This document shows positions 39,510-51,764 of a DNA stretch of 62,694 bases, one piece after another. The notes beneath the pieces were generated by a model, which had not been told where the DNA came from, did not search any database, and saw only the letters and a program-made list of their open reading frames with translations. Position numbers and translations under genes: made by a program. How positions within the stretch are numbered: position 1 is the first letter of the stretch; every line of letters begins with the position of its first letter. Source of the stretch: Gammaproteobacteria bacterium (lineage in GTDB: Bacteria; Pseudomonadota; Gammaproteobacteria; DAOVJZ01); the NCBI GenBank assembly GCA_029882995.1, contig JAOUJV010000005.1:1-62694 (forward strand), in the 5' to 3' direction.

Positions 39510-40735
39510 TGTTCTGGATCATCGTTGCCCTGCTCACCCTGTTGGCACTGACCTTTGTTATCCTGCCGTTATTACGCAAGCCGGCTGATAACACGACTGA
39601 ATCAAATGCACTGAATATTACCATTCATAAAAAACGCCTGGCTGAACTGGAAACGGATTTCAAGAATGGCAACATAGATGAAGAACGCTATAACACCGCA
39701 CGTGAAGAAATTGAACGTGACCTGCTGAACGATATCGAGAATCAGAACAACACGACATCGACAGACAGTGTTACACCGAAACTACTCGCTATTATCAGTG
39801 GTGTTGCTGTGCCCATAGTGGCATTGGTAATGTATTTTGCATTGGGCAGCTGGCACAACATGAATGACATGCAGCGTGCCGGTATTGTGCAAACACCGGA
39901 AGAAAAGAAAAACATGCCTTCCGTAGACGAGATGGTGCAGGCACTTGAGGCACGTCTTGAACAGGATCCCAATAACGCCGAAGGCTGGCAATTACTTGGC
40001 CGCAGTTATCTGCATCTTAAAAAGTTTGCCGAAGGCAGGCAGGCTTTTGAAAAGGCAATGCAACTGACTAACCCCCCAACCGCCACACTACTGACTGATT
40101 ACGCAGAAGCCATTGCGCTGGGCAATCAATTAAAACTTAGCGGTGAACCCTCTGATCTATTGGCGCGTGCACTGAAGATTAATCCTCGTTATGAAAAGGC
40201 GATCTGGTTGTCCGGGTTTGCCCGTTATCAGGAAGAACATTATTCTGCTGCAATCAAGCATTGGAAATACCTGCAAACACTCTTGCCATCTGACAGTCCT
40301 GACCATGAAACACTGATCGCCTATATCGCACAGGCGGAAGAACGCGGCGGCATCAGCCCTTCAACAAAACCAAAACAGGACACGGCTAAAATTCAAATCA
40401 AGGTTAATGTGGATCTGGATGATGCATTGATTAGCAAGGTTTCATCTGATGATGTGGTCTTTGTTTATGCCTATGCTGCAAATGGTCCGCGCATGCCGCT
40501 GGCCATTGTGCGCAAAAGAGCTGATGAACTGCCGCTGACCGTAGTATTGGATGAAACCATGGCCATGACACCACAAATGAGCCTGGTGAATTTCCCTGAA
40601 GTTATTATTAATGCCCGTATCTCAAAATCAGGACTGGCGACACCGCAGTCTGGAGACCTGATGGGCCAGTCCGCTACTCTCAAAACGGATAGCAACCCGA
40701 CCGTGGATATCGTGATTAATCAGGTGAAAGAGTAA
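39506..40735 (+). CDS. ccmI: Cytochrome c biogenesis protein CcmI (TPR)
   Basis: N-terminal TM, RLAELE, TPR (GWQLLGRSY), C-terminal GPRMPLA domain. Confidence 0.93.
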   Translation: MMFWIIVALLTLLALTFVILPLLRKPADNTTESNALNITIHKKRLAELETDFKNGNIDEERYNTAREEIERDLLNDIENQNNTTSTDSVTPKLLAIISGVAVPIVALVMYFALGSWHNMNDMQRAGIVQTPEEKKNMPSVDEMVQALEARLEQDPNNAEGWQLLGRSYLHLKKFAEGRQAFEKAMQLTNPPTATLLTDYAEAIALGNQLKLSGEPSDLLARALKINPRYEKAIWLSGFARYQEEHYSAAIKHWKYLQTLLPSDSPDHETLIAYIAQAEERGGISPSTKPKQDTAKIQIKVNVDLDDALISKVSSDDVVFVYAYAANGPRMPLAIVRKRADELPLTVVLDETMAMTPQMSLVNFPEVIINARISKSGLATPQSGDLMGQSATLKTDSNPTVDIVINQVKE

Positions 40736-40760
40736 AATCTTTTTTTTACTAGGCTTTTGT

Positions 40761-40792
40761 AATAAAAAACCCGCTAAAGCGGGTTTTTTATT
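40761..40792. terminator. Bidirectional intrinsic terminator (ccmI/glmM)
   Basis: AATAAAAAACCCGC-TAAA-GCGGGTTTTTTATT. Confidence 0.9.
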
Positions 40793-40819
40793 AATGTCTC
40801 TTTATATATCTCTTTTTAC

Positions 40820-42166
40820 TTAAGCCGCTGCTATCGCCTCATCTACAATCGACGCTAACTGGTTGGTGATTCTGACCACTTGATCATAATCCTCACCTTC
40901 AACCATCACCCTGACAACCGGTTCGGTACCGGAAGGACGTAATAATACGCGCCCCTTGTCTGCCAATTCTTTCTCTGCTTTTTTGACTGCATCCTGAATT
41001 ACTTTTGAAGCAAACACATCGGTCTTTTTGCTGATGCGAACATTAATCATATGTTGCGGATATTTGCTCATGGCAGATTTCAGTTCATGCAATGTCTTGC
41101 CGGATTTAACAAGCGCTGCCATGACCTGTAATGCTGAAACAATGCCATCACCTGTGGTGGTTCGATCCAGACAAATAATATGACCTGAGCCTTCACCACC
41201 CAGACACCAGCCGCCTTCCTTGAGCATTTCCATCACATAACGATCGCCGACATTGGCGCGACGCAGTTCGATACCGATTTTTTTCAGCGCATGCTCTGCA
41301 CCAAGATTGGTCATCAGTGTGCCAACCACCACATTGCAGCAGGCTCTTTCTTTTTCATTGCGTGATTCGGCAATGATATAAAGCAGTTCATCACCATCGA
41401 CTATCTCACCCTTATGATCCACCATGATGACGCGATCGCCATCACCATCAAACGCAATACCAAGATCGGCATTATGCTCAAGCACAACCTTTTGCATGAT
41501 TTCAGGTGAAGTAGAACCAACACCTTGATTAATATTCAGCCCATCCGGATCTGTACCCAGCTCAATGACCTTGGCACCCATTTCGGTAAACACATCCGGT
41601 GCAACGTGGTATGTCGCGCCATTTGCACAGTCCATCACGATGGTCATGCCTTTGAAATTCATGCTGGATGGAATGGTGCTTTTACAGAATTCAATATAAC
41701 GACCACGCGCATCCGCTACGCGCACCGCCTTGCCCAAATGTGCAGAATCAACGGTCTTCATTGGTTTATCCAGTTCAGCCTCAATCGCCAATTCTATTTC
41801 ATCAGGTAATTTTGTCCCTTCAGCTGAAAAGAACTTGATACCGTTATCATAAAATGGGTTATGTGATGCGCTGATCACAATACCGGCTTGTGCATGAAAT
41901 GTACGTGTCAGATAAGCGATTGCCGGTGTCGGCATTGGACCTAATAAATGGATATCAACACCAGCGGCGGACAAACCGGCTTCCAGTGCGGATTCAAACA
42001 TATAACCAGAGATGCGGGTGTCCTTGCCAATAAGCACCTTGCCGTCTCCTTCCTTGGCTAGTACCTGCCCAACAGCCCAGCCCAGCTTGAGCATAAACTC
42101 CGGTGTGATTGGTTCTTCACCTACCTTGCCTCGGATACCATCCGTTCCGAAAAACTTCTTTTGCAT
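40820..42166 (-). CDS. glmM: Phosphoglucosamine mutase
   Basis: [29 protein letters not shown]. Confidence 0.98.
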   Translation of the reverse strand: MQKKFFGTDGIRGKVGEEPITPEFMLKLGWAVGQVLAKEGDGKVLIGKDTRISGYMFESALEAGLSAAGVDIHLLGPMPTPAIAYLTRTFHAQAGIVISASHNPFYDNGIKFFSAEGTKLPDEIELAIEAELDKPMKTVDSAHLGKAVRVADARGRYIEFCKSTIPSSMNFKGMTIVMDCANGATYHVAPDVFTEMGAKVIELGTDPDGLNINQGVGSTSPEIMQKVVLEHNADLGIAFDGDGDRVIMVDHKGEIVDGDELLYIIAESRNEKERACCNVVVGTLMTNLGAEHALKKIGIELRRANVGDRYVMEMLKEGGWCLGGEGSGHIICLDRTTTGDGIVSALQVMAALVKSGKTLHELKSAMSKYPQHMINVRISKKTDVFASKVIQDAVKKAEKELADKGRVLLRPSGTEPVVRVMVEGEDYDQVVRITNQLASIVDEAIAAA

Positions 42167-42248
42167 CTGTTACTACCCTCTGAGTCCCAACTGGATTAAG
42201 TATATACAATGTGTGGCCATTACACACCTGTAATATCTTGAATAATGT

Positions 42249-43082
42249 TCAGATATCATCTGTAACACTTTGTATACTATAGCAAAGTTTTAGTGCTTCA
42301 ACGGTGGGTTTTATATCATGAGTCCGGATTATCCGTGCGCCTTTCATTACCGCCACTGTGGCTGCGGCCAGACCGGCGTGGAGACGTTCATCAACCCCCA
42401 GACCCAGTAATTGCCCAAACATGGATTTTCGAGAAACCCCCACGAGGACGGGAAACCCGGTATCGACCAGTGCTTCCATGTGTTTCAGTAACAACAGATT
42501 GTGCTGCAGGGTTTTGCCAAAACCAAAACCCGGATCAATCATGATTCTGTCTCTTGCTATACCTGCCTGTATACATGCCTCGGTCCGTTTGAGTAAAAAT
42601 GCCTTAATCTCGGTAATCACATTTTTATAGTGCGGCTCTTTTTGCATGGTTCTTGGCTCACCCTGCATATGCATCAAACAAACAGGGACAGCTGTTTCAG
42701 CCACGGCCTCAATTGCACCCTCCGCCCGTAATGCATAGACATCATTTACCATGCTGGCACCGGCTTTTATCGCTTCACGCATTACTTCCGGTTTACTGGT
42801 ATCAATTGAAATGGGTGTATTGAGTTCCTTGCTTAAGGATTCAATCACCGGTATGACGCGATCTATTTCCTGCTGCACGCTAACCGGCTCGGCACCGGGT
42901 CGTGTTGATTCACCACCAATATCAATAATCCCAGCTCCTTCTGCATTCATCTGACAGGCATGATCAACTGCCTTGTTCACAGCGTCAAACTTGCCACCAT
43001 CTGAGAATGAATCCGGGGTGACATTTAAAATTCCCATTACAACAGGCTGGCTGGTATCAATGGTGGTATATTTCTTGTTCAT
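42249..43082 (-). CDS. folP: Dihydropteroate synthase
   Basis: MGILNVTPDSFSDGG, GGESTRPG, DPGFGFGK, SRK. Confidence 0.98.
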   Translation of the reverse strand: MNKKYTTIDTSQPVVMGILNVTPDSFSDGGKFDAVNKAVDHACQMNAEGAGIIDIGGESTRPGAEPVSVQQEIDRVIPVIESLSKELNTPISIDTSKPEVMREAIKAGASMVNDVYALRAEGAIEAVAETAVPVCLMHMQGEPRTMQKEPHYKNVITEIKAFLLKRTEACIQAGIARDRIMIDPGFGFGKTLQHNLLLLKHMEALVDTGFPVLVGVSRKSMFGQLLGLGVDERLHAGLAAATVAVMKGARIIRTHDIKPTVEALKLCYSIQSVTDDI

Positions 43083-43237
43083 TAAATCAACCTTAGTTAA
43101 CTACTTGGTTATTACACATTATCCTTATCTTTATTCTGTTTAAAAATATTCCAGAGCATCCGATAGACACATTAAGTAGACATCATAATCCAGAATGATA
43201 TTATTAATATACACGGAGAAAAAAAAGGGGATTAGGG

Positions 43238-43636
43238 ATGGAATGGAGTGACGATTTTAGTGTTTCCATCAGCGAAATAGATGATCAGCACAAAATCATT
43301 ATCGGCCTGATTAACGAGGTTGATGAAGCAGCACACGCATCCGAAGAACATGAAAAGCTGGCGCATGTTCTGAGTGAGCTGATTGATTACACTAAAGCCC
43401 ATTTTGCTGTTGAAGAAAGTTTGATGCGTATCTTTAAATATCCGGGATACGACGAACACAAACAAAAACATGAAAAGCTGATTGAGCGAGTCATTCATTT
43501 TCAGGATCAATTTAACCGGGGTAATACGCTGGTCGCAAAGGAGCTACATTATTTTCTACAGGACTGGTTGATTAAACATATTCAGGGCACTGATAGGGAA
43601 TACACCCCGTTTATGAATGAACATGGCATTAAATAA
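43238..43636 (+). CDS. Bacteriohemerythrin
   Basis: W...SV....IDDQH, HF..EE, H...H, WL..HI...D di-iron motifs. Confidence 0.93.
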   Translation: MEWSDDFSVSISEIDDQHKIIIGLINEVDEAAHASEEHEKLAHVLSELIDYTKAHFAVEESLMRIFKYPGYDEHKQKHEKLIERVIHFQDQFNRGNTLVAKELHYFLQDWLIKHIQGTDREYTPFMNEHGIK

Positions 43637-43668
43637 AAAAGCCCCGCTTAAGCGGGGCTTTTTTATTT
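43631..43668. terminator. Bidirectional intrinsic terminator (hemerythrin/ftsH)
   Basis: AAATAAAAAAGCCCCGC-TTAA-GCGGGGCTTTTTTATTT. Confidence 0.9.
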
Positions 43669-45586
43669 AGTGGATGCCAGCCGGGCCGCCTATTTTCCCG
43701 TCACCCTTGGATTCCTTTTTCTCCGATGAGGATGAAGATGTGCCATCCGGTGTATCACTGTCTGTCCAGTCACTCGGTGGACGCGGCTCCTTGCCGTTCA
43801 TTATGTCAGTAATCTGTTCATTATCGATAGTTTCGTATTTAATCAGTGCCTCTGCCATCTTGTGCAGCTTGTCCACGTTGTCAGTCAGGATCTGCTCGGC
43901 ACGTTTATAGTTACGATCAACAATAGAACGGATTTCTTCATCAATAATATGTGAAGTTTCATCCGATACTTCTTTATGTTTGGTAACAGAACGTCCAAGG
44001 AATACTTCACCCTCTTCCTCTGTGTAGGTCATTGGTCCAAGGCGATTGGACAAGCCCCACTTGGTCACCATATTGCGCGCCAGTTCAGTGGTACGCTGAA
44101 TATCATTGGAGGCACCGGTTGTCACTGCCTCGGGACCAAAAATCAGTTCCTCTGCAATACGACCACCAAACAAACTGGATATCTGGCTTTCCAGTCGTTT
44201 CTTGCTGTAACTGTGGCGATCTTCTTCCGGCAGAAACATGGTCACACCCAATGCACGACCACGTGGAATAATACTTACCTTATAAACCGGATCGTGTTCC
44301 GGTACGTTACGTCCAACAATGGCATGACCGGCTTCATGGTAGGCAGTGAGTTTTTTCTCATCATCACTCATGACCATGGAACGACGTTCTGCACCCATCA
44401 TGATTTTATCTTTTGCCTTTTCAAGTTCATCCATGCCGACTGTGCGCTTGTTGGCACGCGCTGCAAACAGCGCTGCTTCATTCACCAGGTTGGCTAAATC
44501 AGCACCTGAAAAACCGGGAGTACCACGTGCAATAATTGAGGGATTCACACCATCACCTAATGGTACTTTACGCATATGTACTTTCAGTATTTGTTCACGG
44601 CCACGTACATCCGGCAGTGGCACAACCACCTGACGATCAAAACGACCGGGACGTAACAAGGCAGGATCAAGTACATCAGGTCGGTTGGTTGCCGCAATCA
44701 CGATCACACCTTCGTTACCTTCGAAACCATCCATCTCAACCAGCAACTGGTTCAGTGTTTGTTCACGTTCATCATGACCGCCGCCCAGACCGGCACCACG
44801 GTGACGACCCACCGCATCAATTTCATCTATAAAGATAATGCACGGCGAATGTTTCTTGGCTTGTTCAAACATGTCACGTACGCGTGATGCACCAACACCA
44901 ACAAACATTTCAACAAAGTCAGAACCGGAAATAGTAAAGAAAGGTACCTTGGCTTCACCGGCAATGGCTTTGGCAAGTAATGTTTTACCGGTACCGGGAC
45001 TACCTACCATCAGGACACCGCTTGGAATCTTGCCGCCGAGTTTCTGAAACTTGCCCGGATCGCGCAGAAACTCAACCAGCTCTGCCACTTCTTCCTTGGC
45101 TTCCTCGACACCGGCAACATCAGCAAATGTCACCTTGACCTGATCTTCGCCCAGCATGCGTGCCTTGCTCTTGCCGAATGACATCGCGCCACGGCCACCG
45201 CCGCCACCTTGCATCTGGCGCATGAAAAATATCCACACACCAATAAGCAACAACATCGGGAACCAGGAAATAAATATTTGCATCAGAACAGACTGCTGTT
45301 CAGGCGGCTTGGCACTGAACTGCACGCCATGTTGAATCAGGTCACTTACCAGCCCCGGATCACCCGGGCTGTAGGTATAAAATTCTTCACCGCTTTGACG
45401 AACACCATGAATAGAGCGCCCTTCAATGGTGACGCGTTGAACCTGGCCTTTTTTGACTTCATCAATGAATTGGGAATATTCAACCTGAGATACTGCACGC
45501 TGGCGTGGGCCGAAGTTATTGAAAACGGACATCAGCACTACCGCGATAATGATCCAAAGTACCAGATTTTTAGCGAGATCGTTCAA
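43667..45586 (-). CDS. ftsH: ATP-dependent zinc metalloprotease FtsH
   Basis: Two TMs, [20 protein letters not shown]. Confidence 0.98.
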   Translation of the reverse strand: MNDLAKNLVLWIIIAVVLMSVFNNFGPRQRAVSQVEYSQFIDEVKKGQVQRVTIEGRSIHGVRQSGEEFYTYSPGDPGLVSDLIQHGVQFSAKPPEQQSVLMQIFISWFPMLLLIGVWIFFMRQMQGGGGGRGAMSFGKSKARMLGEDQVKVTFADVAGVEEAKEEVAELVEFLRDPGKFQKLGGKIPSGVLMVGSPGTGKTLLAKAIAGEAKVPFFTISGSDFVEMFVGVGASRVRDMFEQAKKHSPCIIFIDEIDAVGRHRGAGLGGGHDEREQTLNQLLVEMDGFEGNEGVIVIAATNRPDVLDPALLRPGRFDRQVVVPLPDVRGREQILKVHMRKVPLGDGVNPSIIARGTPGFSGADLANLVNEAALFAARANKRTVGMDELEKAKDKIMMGAERRSMVMSDDEKKLTAYHEAGHAIVGRNVPEHDPVYKVSIIPRGRALGVTMFLPEEDRHSYSKKRLESQISSLFGGRIAEELIFGPEAVTTGASNDIQRTTELARNMVTKWGLSNRLGPMTYTEEEGEVFLGRSVTKHKEVSDETSHIIDEEIRSIVDRNYKRAEQILTDNVDKLHKMAEALIKYETIDNEQITDIMNGKEPRPPSDWTDSDTPDGTSSSSSEKKESKGDGKIGGPAGIH

Positions 45587-45702
45587 CTTCCATTACCTCT
45601 TTCTGTTATAAGATTTTGGCTGGTTCAGCTTTCCATACCGCTACCCGAGGTGTATCGGCAGGAGGGGAAAAACCAACAGATTCCCCGTAAATCAATAAGC
45701 TA

Positions 45703-46323
45703 CTACACATTGTAGCCTCTTGCCAGCACATAAACCTCACGACTTCTGGGTCTGGAAGCTTTGGGTTTACGCGTCGTTACCTTACTGAAATCATTACGTA
45801 AACTGCGGTAAAAGGCATCATAGCCCTCACCTTGAAAAACCTTCATCAGCAAATCCCCTCCCTCACACAGAGCCTCTTTTGCAAAATCCAGTGCCAATTC
45901 AACAAGATACATTGAGCGGGGCTGATCTACTGATTCTATTCCTGTGATATTGGGTGCCATATCCGACATTACAAGGTCTATGCACTCTCCTTTTACCGCA
46001 TCTCTCAATTGCGCCAAAGCCTGCTCTTCGGTGAAATCACCTTGAATAAAGGTGACATCCACCAAGGGCGCCATTTCCAGTATATCGAGAGCAACAATCT
46101 TGCCCTTTTCACCTATAACCGATGAGGCATATTGTGACCAGCCTCCGGGAGCAGCGCCCAGATCCACTATTTTCATTCCTGGCTTCAACAGCCGGTCTTT
46201 TTCCTGAATCTCTTTCAGTTTGTAGACAGCGCGCGAACGGGCACCGTCTTTTTGTGCCATTTTGACGTAATGATCATCAAAATGCTCCTTGAGCCAGCTT
46301 TTGCTTGTTTTGGACCGTGCCAT
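45703..46323 (-). CDS. rlmE: 23S rRNA Um2552 methyltransferase
   Basis: [31 protein letters not shown]. Confidence 0.97.
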   Translation of the reverse strand: MARSKTSKSWLKEHFDDHYVKMAQKDGARSRAVYKLKEIQEKDRLLKPGMKIVDLGAAPGGWSQYASSVIGEKGKIVALDILEMAPLVDVTFIQGDFTEEQALAQLRDAVKGECIDLVMSDMAPNITGIESVDQPRSMYLVELALDFAKEALCEGGDLLMKVFQGEGYDAFYRSLRNDFSKVTTRKPKASRPRSREVYVLARGYNV

Positions 46324-46375
46324 GATAGAATACGCGTTTTCAAACCTGACTTAATTATACTCGAATAAACTTCCT

Positions 46376-46669
46376 ATGCCTCTGACTTCAAAACAAAACA
46401 GCTATTTACGCTCGAAAGCGCATCATCTCAAACCTCTGGTGATTCTCGGTTCAGCCGGATTAACCGAAGGCGTACTGAATGAAATTGAAAATACGGTGGA
46501 ACATCACGAGCTGATCAAGATAAAAATCAATGCCGGTGATCGGGATGAACTAAAGGAAATTGCAGAACAAATCAGTGAAAAGACAAACAGTGAACTGGTA
46601 CAGATAATCGGTCACACCGCGATCATTTATCGGAAGGCAAAAAAACCGGTTATAAAGCTGCCGCGTTAA
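46376..46669 (+). CDS. yhbY: Ribosome assembly RNA-binding protein YhbY
   Basis: LRSKAHHLKP, HELIKIK, QIIGH; divergent from rlmE. Confidence 0.95.
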   Translation: MPLTSKQNSYLRSKAHHLKPLVILGSAGLTEGVLNEIENTVEHHELIKIKINAGDRDELKEIAEQISEKTNSELVQIIGHTAIIYRKAKKPVIKLPR

Positions 46670-46680
46670 TCCTTAAAACA

Positions 46681-46702
46681 AAAAGCCCCCGAATCGGGGG
46701 CT
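46681..46702 (-). terminator. Intrinsic terminator
   Basis: AAAAGCCCCC-GAATC-GGGGGCT between convergent genes. Confidence 0.7.
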
Positions 46703-46726
46703 GTATAAAACCATATGTAAAATCAA

Positions 46727-47383
46727 TTATTTTCGTCTTTTAGCAAGACCAAGTAATCCAATCAATCCTGAGCAAAATAACCAGACTGCAGCGGGTACCG
46801 GTACCGGACTTGTATTAACAAAGCTTTCGCTACCTGTATCTGCAAAATCAATTGCATGCAAACCAATACGCAAGGCACCTGTTTCCAGATCATTTATTAC
46901 ATCAAAGAAACTTAAGCCAGCCTGCAAATCAAAAACAATACCCAGTGTCTCGAATTCATTTATCCCGTTATGGGCCGATGGATTTACAGCCACCGATGTA
47001 AAAGAAGCTGTCGCTTCAAATGTTGGTATTACCTGATTCCAACCCGGCATATTAGGTGATGACATGTCCTGCATAAAATCCACGCCGGCACTGCCACCAT
47101 TTTGTGTGTCAATAATGGTAGAAATTCCAAGTAAAGTGCCGTCATCAAAATAAACACCACGAATTGAAGATTGTTCAGGTCCGCTGTTATTAATGTTGAA
47201 CAGTACCTGACTACTACCGTAGTCAATCACATCGACTGAAAATTGTGCTTCACCTATCGTACAATCAGTCGCATCAATACTGTCCATGTTTGGCACGCAG
47301 CTAAAATTCACTGAATAAGCATGGACCTGGGAAAAGAATGATAAAAACAGAATGCCTGCTACAGCCTGAAGTAAACTTCTCAC
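46727..47383 (-). CDS. VPLPA-CTERM/PEP-CTERM-type exosortase substrate
   Basis: Signal peptide; C-terminal PVPVPAAVWLFCSGLIGLLGLAKRRK. Confidence 0.88.
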   Translation of the reverse strand: MRSLLQAVAGILFLSFFSQVHAYSVNFSCVPNMDSIDATDCTIGEAQFSVDVIDYGSSQVLFNINNSGPEQSSIRGVYFDDGTLLGISTIIDTQNGGSAGVDFMQDMSSPNMPGWNQVIPTFEATASFTSVAVNPSAHNGINEFETLGIVFDLQAGLSFFDVINDLETGALRIGLHAIDFADTGSESFVNTSPVPVPAAVWLFCSGLIGLLGLAKRRK

Positions 47384-47538
47384 GACTTACCCCCCTCACA
47401 ATTATTAATAAAACAACAAATTCAAACCGATTATTATTTTTATTTAGACTGATTTTACATCAGGATATTAAATTGAGTCTATATATTATTATTAAATAAT
47501 TTTCATACTAAAATTGTAAGTTTTCTTGCAAGATTGGC

Positions 47539-47997
47539 TTAATTTTCATGTCCGGATTTGATAACTAGTACCAGACCCGCAATACTGTTAATCAGAAAAA
47601 TAACTGCAGCAATCCCGTGTAACATACTGAATTTTTTGTGATTTTCGGAACCTTCCAACATCCCGGTTACCTTTAGTTCTGCCATCATTGGCTGGAGGAT
47701 AAATTCACCAAGACAAACCAGAATTAACATGGCCACCAATAACCAGCTACGCCATTGCCTAAATGATTGCTGTCCATACCGATAGGCTATCCCTGCCAAT
47801 AGCAACACACCGCAAAACAGCCCGACATAACTCATGGCTGTAAACATGTGACCGGCCACATTCCCCGCCGTTTGTTTATCCAGATACTGGAACAAAAGCG
47901 GCGCCATCATATAGCCTGTGATCCACATTCCCCCGACCCACAGGGTCAGAAAAATACGCTCAGTTATTGAAAATAATTTTAAATTATCCATATACAC
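47539..47997 (-). CDS. DUF4149-like membrane protein
   Basis: LWVGGMW..GY..AP.LF, AG..AG.MF, F..LHG; four TMs. Confidence 0.8.
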   Translation of the reverse strand: MYMDNLKLFSITERIFLTLWVGGMWITGYMMAPLLFQYLDKQTAGNVAGHMFTAMSYVGLFCGVLLLAGIAYRYGQQSFRQWRSWLLVAMLILVCLGEFILQPMMAELKVTGMLEGSENHKKFSMLHGIAAVIFLINSIAGLVLVIKSGHEN

Positions 47998-48061
47998 AAA
48001 AAAGGCCGAAAAAATTCGACCTTGTTATTAATATTCCAGCTTTTAAATTCTCTGGCCTTGT

Positions 48062-48538
48062 TTAAATATATTTAACCGCCAGAATTTCATACTCCTTATC
48101 CCCGCCTGGCGCCTTCACCACCGCAATGTCACCCTCTTCCTTACCAATTAAGGCGCGAGCAATAGGCGATGAAACAGAAATCTTGTTTTGTTTAATATCA
48201 GATTCCAGATCACCGACAATCTGATATGTAACTTCATCACCGCTTTCTTCATCTACCAGTTCAACTGTGGTTCCGAAAACAATTTTTCCGCCTGGATTCA
48301 GTTCGGTAACATCGATTATCTGTGCATTGGACAGAGCCCCTTCAAGCTCTTTTATCCGACCTTCAATAAAGCCTTGCTCTTCACGTGCAGCATGGTATTC
48401 TGCGTTTTCTTTCAGATCACCGTGTTCACGTGCTTCAGCAATCGCCTGAATAACACGAGGACGTGCCTCACTCTTGAGATGAGTCAGTTCTTCTCTCAAT
48501 TTTTTAGCGCCTTTTGCTGTGATTGGCTCTTGAGTCAT
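48062..48538 (-). CDS. greA: Transcription elongation factor GreA
   Basis: [28 protein letters not shown]. Confidence 0.98.
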   Translation of the reverse strand: MTQEPITAKGAKKLREELTHLKSEARPRVIQAIAEAREHGDLKENAEYHAAREEQGFIEGRIKELEGALSNAQIIDVTELNPGGKIVFGTTVELVDEESGDEVTYQIVGDLESDIKQNKISVSSPIARALIGKEEGDIAVVKAPGGDKEYEILAVKYI

Positions 48539-51500
48539 TACACCAGTTCCTCATGTAATTTCTGCAAACTATTAACACCGGAAGTATCCAGTTCCCTGAT
48601 GGCCATACAAAATGCCTGTCCACCGGCCAAGGTAGTAGTATAGGTTACCTTGTGATGAAGGGCATTACTGCGGATTGTATATGAATCGGCAATCGCCTGC
48701 GCACCCTCGGTGGTGTTAATAACCAGACTAATTTCATCATTTTTAATCATATCAACGATATGCGGGCGGCCTTCTGTTACCTTGTTGACGATCTGACATT
48801 CAATGCCTGCTTTCTGAATAACAGAACCTGTGCCGCGCGTAGCAACAATAGTAAAACCGTGTTCAGATAAGTCACGTGCTATTTCGACTGCAGCAGGACG
48901 ATCCTGCTCACGTACACTGATAAAAGCACGACCACTTGTTGGCAATGAATTACCGGCACCCAATTGTGCCTTGGCATAGGCTTCACCAAAACTGCGGCCT
49001 ACGCCCATGACTTCACCGGTTGATTTCATTTCCGGCCCCAGTAATGGATCAACGCCCTGGAATTTGGCAAATGGAAACACGGCTTCTTTCACTGAAAAAT
49101 AAGGCGGGATAGTTTCACGACGACTGTTTTGTTCTTCCAGTGATTTACCGACCATGCAACGCGCTGCAATCTTGGCAAGCGGACGACCGGTTGCCTTGGA
49201 AACAAACGGAACAGTACGTGATGCACGTGGATTCACTTCAAGAATAAAAATCTTTTTCCCCTGAATTGCAAACTGGATGTTCATCAATCCGACCACATTC
49301 AGCGCCATAGCCAGACTCTTGGCCTGTTTGCGTAATTCATCCTGAATCTGTTTACTCAGACTAAAAGGAGGTAATGAACAGGCAGAGTCACCGGAATGTA
49401 CGCCGGCCTGTTCGATATGTTCCATGATGCCGCCAATCAATACATCCTTGCCATCACAAATAGCATCGACATCCACTTCAATGGCATCGTTAAGGAATCT
49501 GTCGAGTAACACAGGTGAATCGTTGGAAACACTGACAGCCTCACGCATATAACGTGACAAGTCTTCCTTGTTGTAAACAATTTCCATCGCACGGCCACCC
49601 AGCACATAGGATGGACGCACCACTAATGGATAACCGATTTCTTCTGCCAGTTTCACCGCCTCTTCCGAACTGCGTGCTGTGCGATTAGGTGGCTGCAATA
49701 ATCCCAGTTGTTCAATTTTTTTCTGGAATCGTTCACGATCTTCTGACAAGTCGATGGAATCCGGTGTCGTACCCACAATCGGTGCACCGGCCGCTTCCAG
49801 ATCACGCGCCAGTTTTAATGGTGTCTGTCCGCCGTATTGCACAATTAATCCATAAGGTTTTTCAAGATGTACAATTTCCAGCACATCTTCCAGGGTCAGC
49901 GGCTCGAAATACAATCGATCCGATGTGTCGTAATCAGTTGATACTGTTTCCGGATTACAATTCACCATAATGGTTTCATAACCGTCTTCGCGCATTGCGA
50001 AAGCAGCATGGACACAACAGTAATCAAATTCAATACCCTGCCCGATACGGTTAGGTCCGCCACCCAATACCATGATCTTTTTCCGATCAGTCGGGTTTGA
50101 TTCACACTCTTCTTCATAAGTGGAATACATATAGGCCGTGTTTGATGCAAATTCTGCGGCACAGGAATCAACACGCTTGTAAACAGGATGTATGTTCAGA
50201 CTATAACGATGCTCCCGCACTTCCTTTTCAGAAACAGAAAGCATTTTTGCAATACGTGCATCTGAAAAGCCCTTGCGCTTTAATTGACGCATTTCATCAG
50301 CATCAATTTTGGCCAGTTTCTTTTTCTTTAACCCGTTTTCAATTTTCACAATGTCTTCAATCTGGATCAGGAACCAGGGATCAATAGCCGAAAGTTCAAA
50401 TATTTCTTCCAGCGTGGCTCCGGCACGAAATGCATCAGCGACATACCAAAGTCGTTCCGGACCAGGCGACTTGAGTTCCTTGCGTAAAATTTCTTCTGTA
50501 CCTTCAGCATTGATGTCAACCATTTCATCCAGACCACACATGCCGGTTTCCAGACCACGCAGTGCCTTTTGCATGGATTCCTGAAAGGTACGACCAATTG
50601 CCATGACTTCACCAACCGATTTCATTTGTGTGGTCAAACGCGGTTGCGCCTGCGGGAATTTTTCAAATGTAAAACGCGGCACCTTGGTAACAACATAATC
50701 AATAGAAGGTTCAAATGAGGCCGGTGTCGCACCGCCGGTAATTTCGTTTTTCAATTCATCCAGCGTGTAACCTACCGCCAGCTTTGCCGCTACCTTGGCA
50801 ATTGGGAAACCGGTTGCCTTCGAAGCCAGTGCAGAAGAGCGAGATACGCGTGGATTCATTTCAATAATAATCATGCGACCGTTTTCAGGATTGATTGCAA
50901 ACTGGACATTGGAACCACCGGTGTCCACACCAATCTCGCGTAAAACCGCGAGTGAGGCATTACGCATGATCTGGTATTCCTTATCGGTCAGTGTTTGTGC
51001 CGGTGCCACTGTAATGGAGTCACCGGTATGCACACCCATCGGGTCCAGATTTTCAATCGAACAGATAATGATGCAGTTGTCTTTGTGATCACGCACCACT
51101 TCCATTTCATATTCTTTCCAGCCAAGTACAGATTCTTCAATCAACAGCTCATTGGTTGGTGATAAATCCAGTCCACGTTCACAAATCTCGACAAACTCTT
51201 CCTTGTTATAGGCAATACCACCACCGCTACCGCCCATAGTAAATGAAGGACGAATAATCGTGGGATAACCGATACCAACCTGTACCTGCAACGCTTCTTC
51301 CATGCTGTGTGCAATCGCCGCATTCGGCGTATCCAGTCCAATCTTGTTCATTGCAACACGGAAACGCTCGCGATCTTCAGCCTTGTCGATCGCATCGCGA
51401 GTAGCGCCGATCATTTCCACCTTGTGTTTTTCCAGTACCCCTTCACGTGCCAGATCGAGTGCACAGTTCAAGGCTGTCTGACCACCCATTGTCGGGAGCA

Positions 51501-51756
51501 ACACATCCGGTTTTTCTTTTTCAATGATCTTTTCAACTGTTCGCCAGTTGATTGGCTCAATATAGATTGCATCCGCCATATTCGGATCAGTCATGATTGT
51601 AGCAGGATTCGAATTTACCAGAATGACGCGATAACCTTCCTCACGCAGTGCCTTACAGGCCTGTGCGCCGGAATAATCAAACTCACATGCCTGACCGATT
51701 ACAATCGGTCCTGCACCGATGATTAAAACACTTTTGATGTCTGTTCTTTTTGGCAT
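48538..51756 (-). CDS. carB: Carbamoyl-phosphate synthase large subunit
   Basis: [28 protein letters not shown]; duplicated ATP-grasp domains. Confidence 0.99.
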   Translation of the reverse strand: MPKRTDIKSVLIIGAGPIVIGQACEFDYSGAQACKALREEGYRVILVNSNPATIMTDPNMADAIYIEPINWRTVEKIIEKEKPDVLLPTMGGQTALNCALDLAREGVLEKHKVEMIGATRDAIDKAEDRERFRVAMNKIGLDTPNAAIAHSMEEALQVQVGIGYPTIIRPSFTMGGSGGGIAYNKEEFVEICERGLDLSPTNELLIEESVLGWKEYEMEVVRDHKDNCIIICSIENLDPMGVHTGDSITVAPAQTLTDKEYQIMRNASLAVLREIGVDTGGSNVQFAINPENGRMIIIEMNPRVSRSSALASKATGFPIAKVAAKLAVGYTLDELKNEITGGATPASFEPSIDYVVTKVPRFTFEKFPQAQPRLTTQMKSVGEVMAIGRTFQESMQKALRGLETGMCGLDEMVDINAEGTEEILRKELKSPGPERLWYVADAFRAGATLEEIFELSAIDPWFLIQIEDIVKIENGLKKKKLAKIDADEMRQLKRKGFSDARIAKMLSVSEKEVREHRYSLNIHPVYKRVDSCAAEFASNTAYMYSTYEEECESNPTDRKKIMVLGGGPNRIGQGIEFDYCCVHAAFAMREDGYETIMVNCNPETVSTDYDTSDRLYFEPLTLEDVLEIVHLEKPYGLIVQYGGQTPLKLARDLEAAGAPIVGTTPDSIDLSEDRERFQKKIEQLGLLQPPNRTARSSEEAVKLAEEIGYPLVVRPSYVLGGRAMEIVYNKEDLSRYMREAVSVSNDSPVLLDRFLNDAIEVDVDAICDGKDVLIGGIMEHIEQAGVHSGDSACSLPPFSLSKQIQDELRKQAKSLAMALNVVGLMNIQFAIQGKKIFILEVNPRASRTVPFVSKATGRPLAKIAARCMVGKSLEEQNSRRETIPPYFSVKEAVFPFAKFQGVDPLLGPEMKSTGEVMGVGRSFGEAYAKAQLGAGNSLPTSGRAFISVREQDRPAAVEIARDLSEHGFTIVATRGTGSVIQKAGIECQIVNKVTEGRPHIVDMIKNDEISLVINTTEGAQAIADSYTIRSNALHHKVTYTTTLAGGQAFCMAIRELDTSGVNSLQKLHEELV

Positions 51757-51764
51757 GCCGGTAT

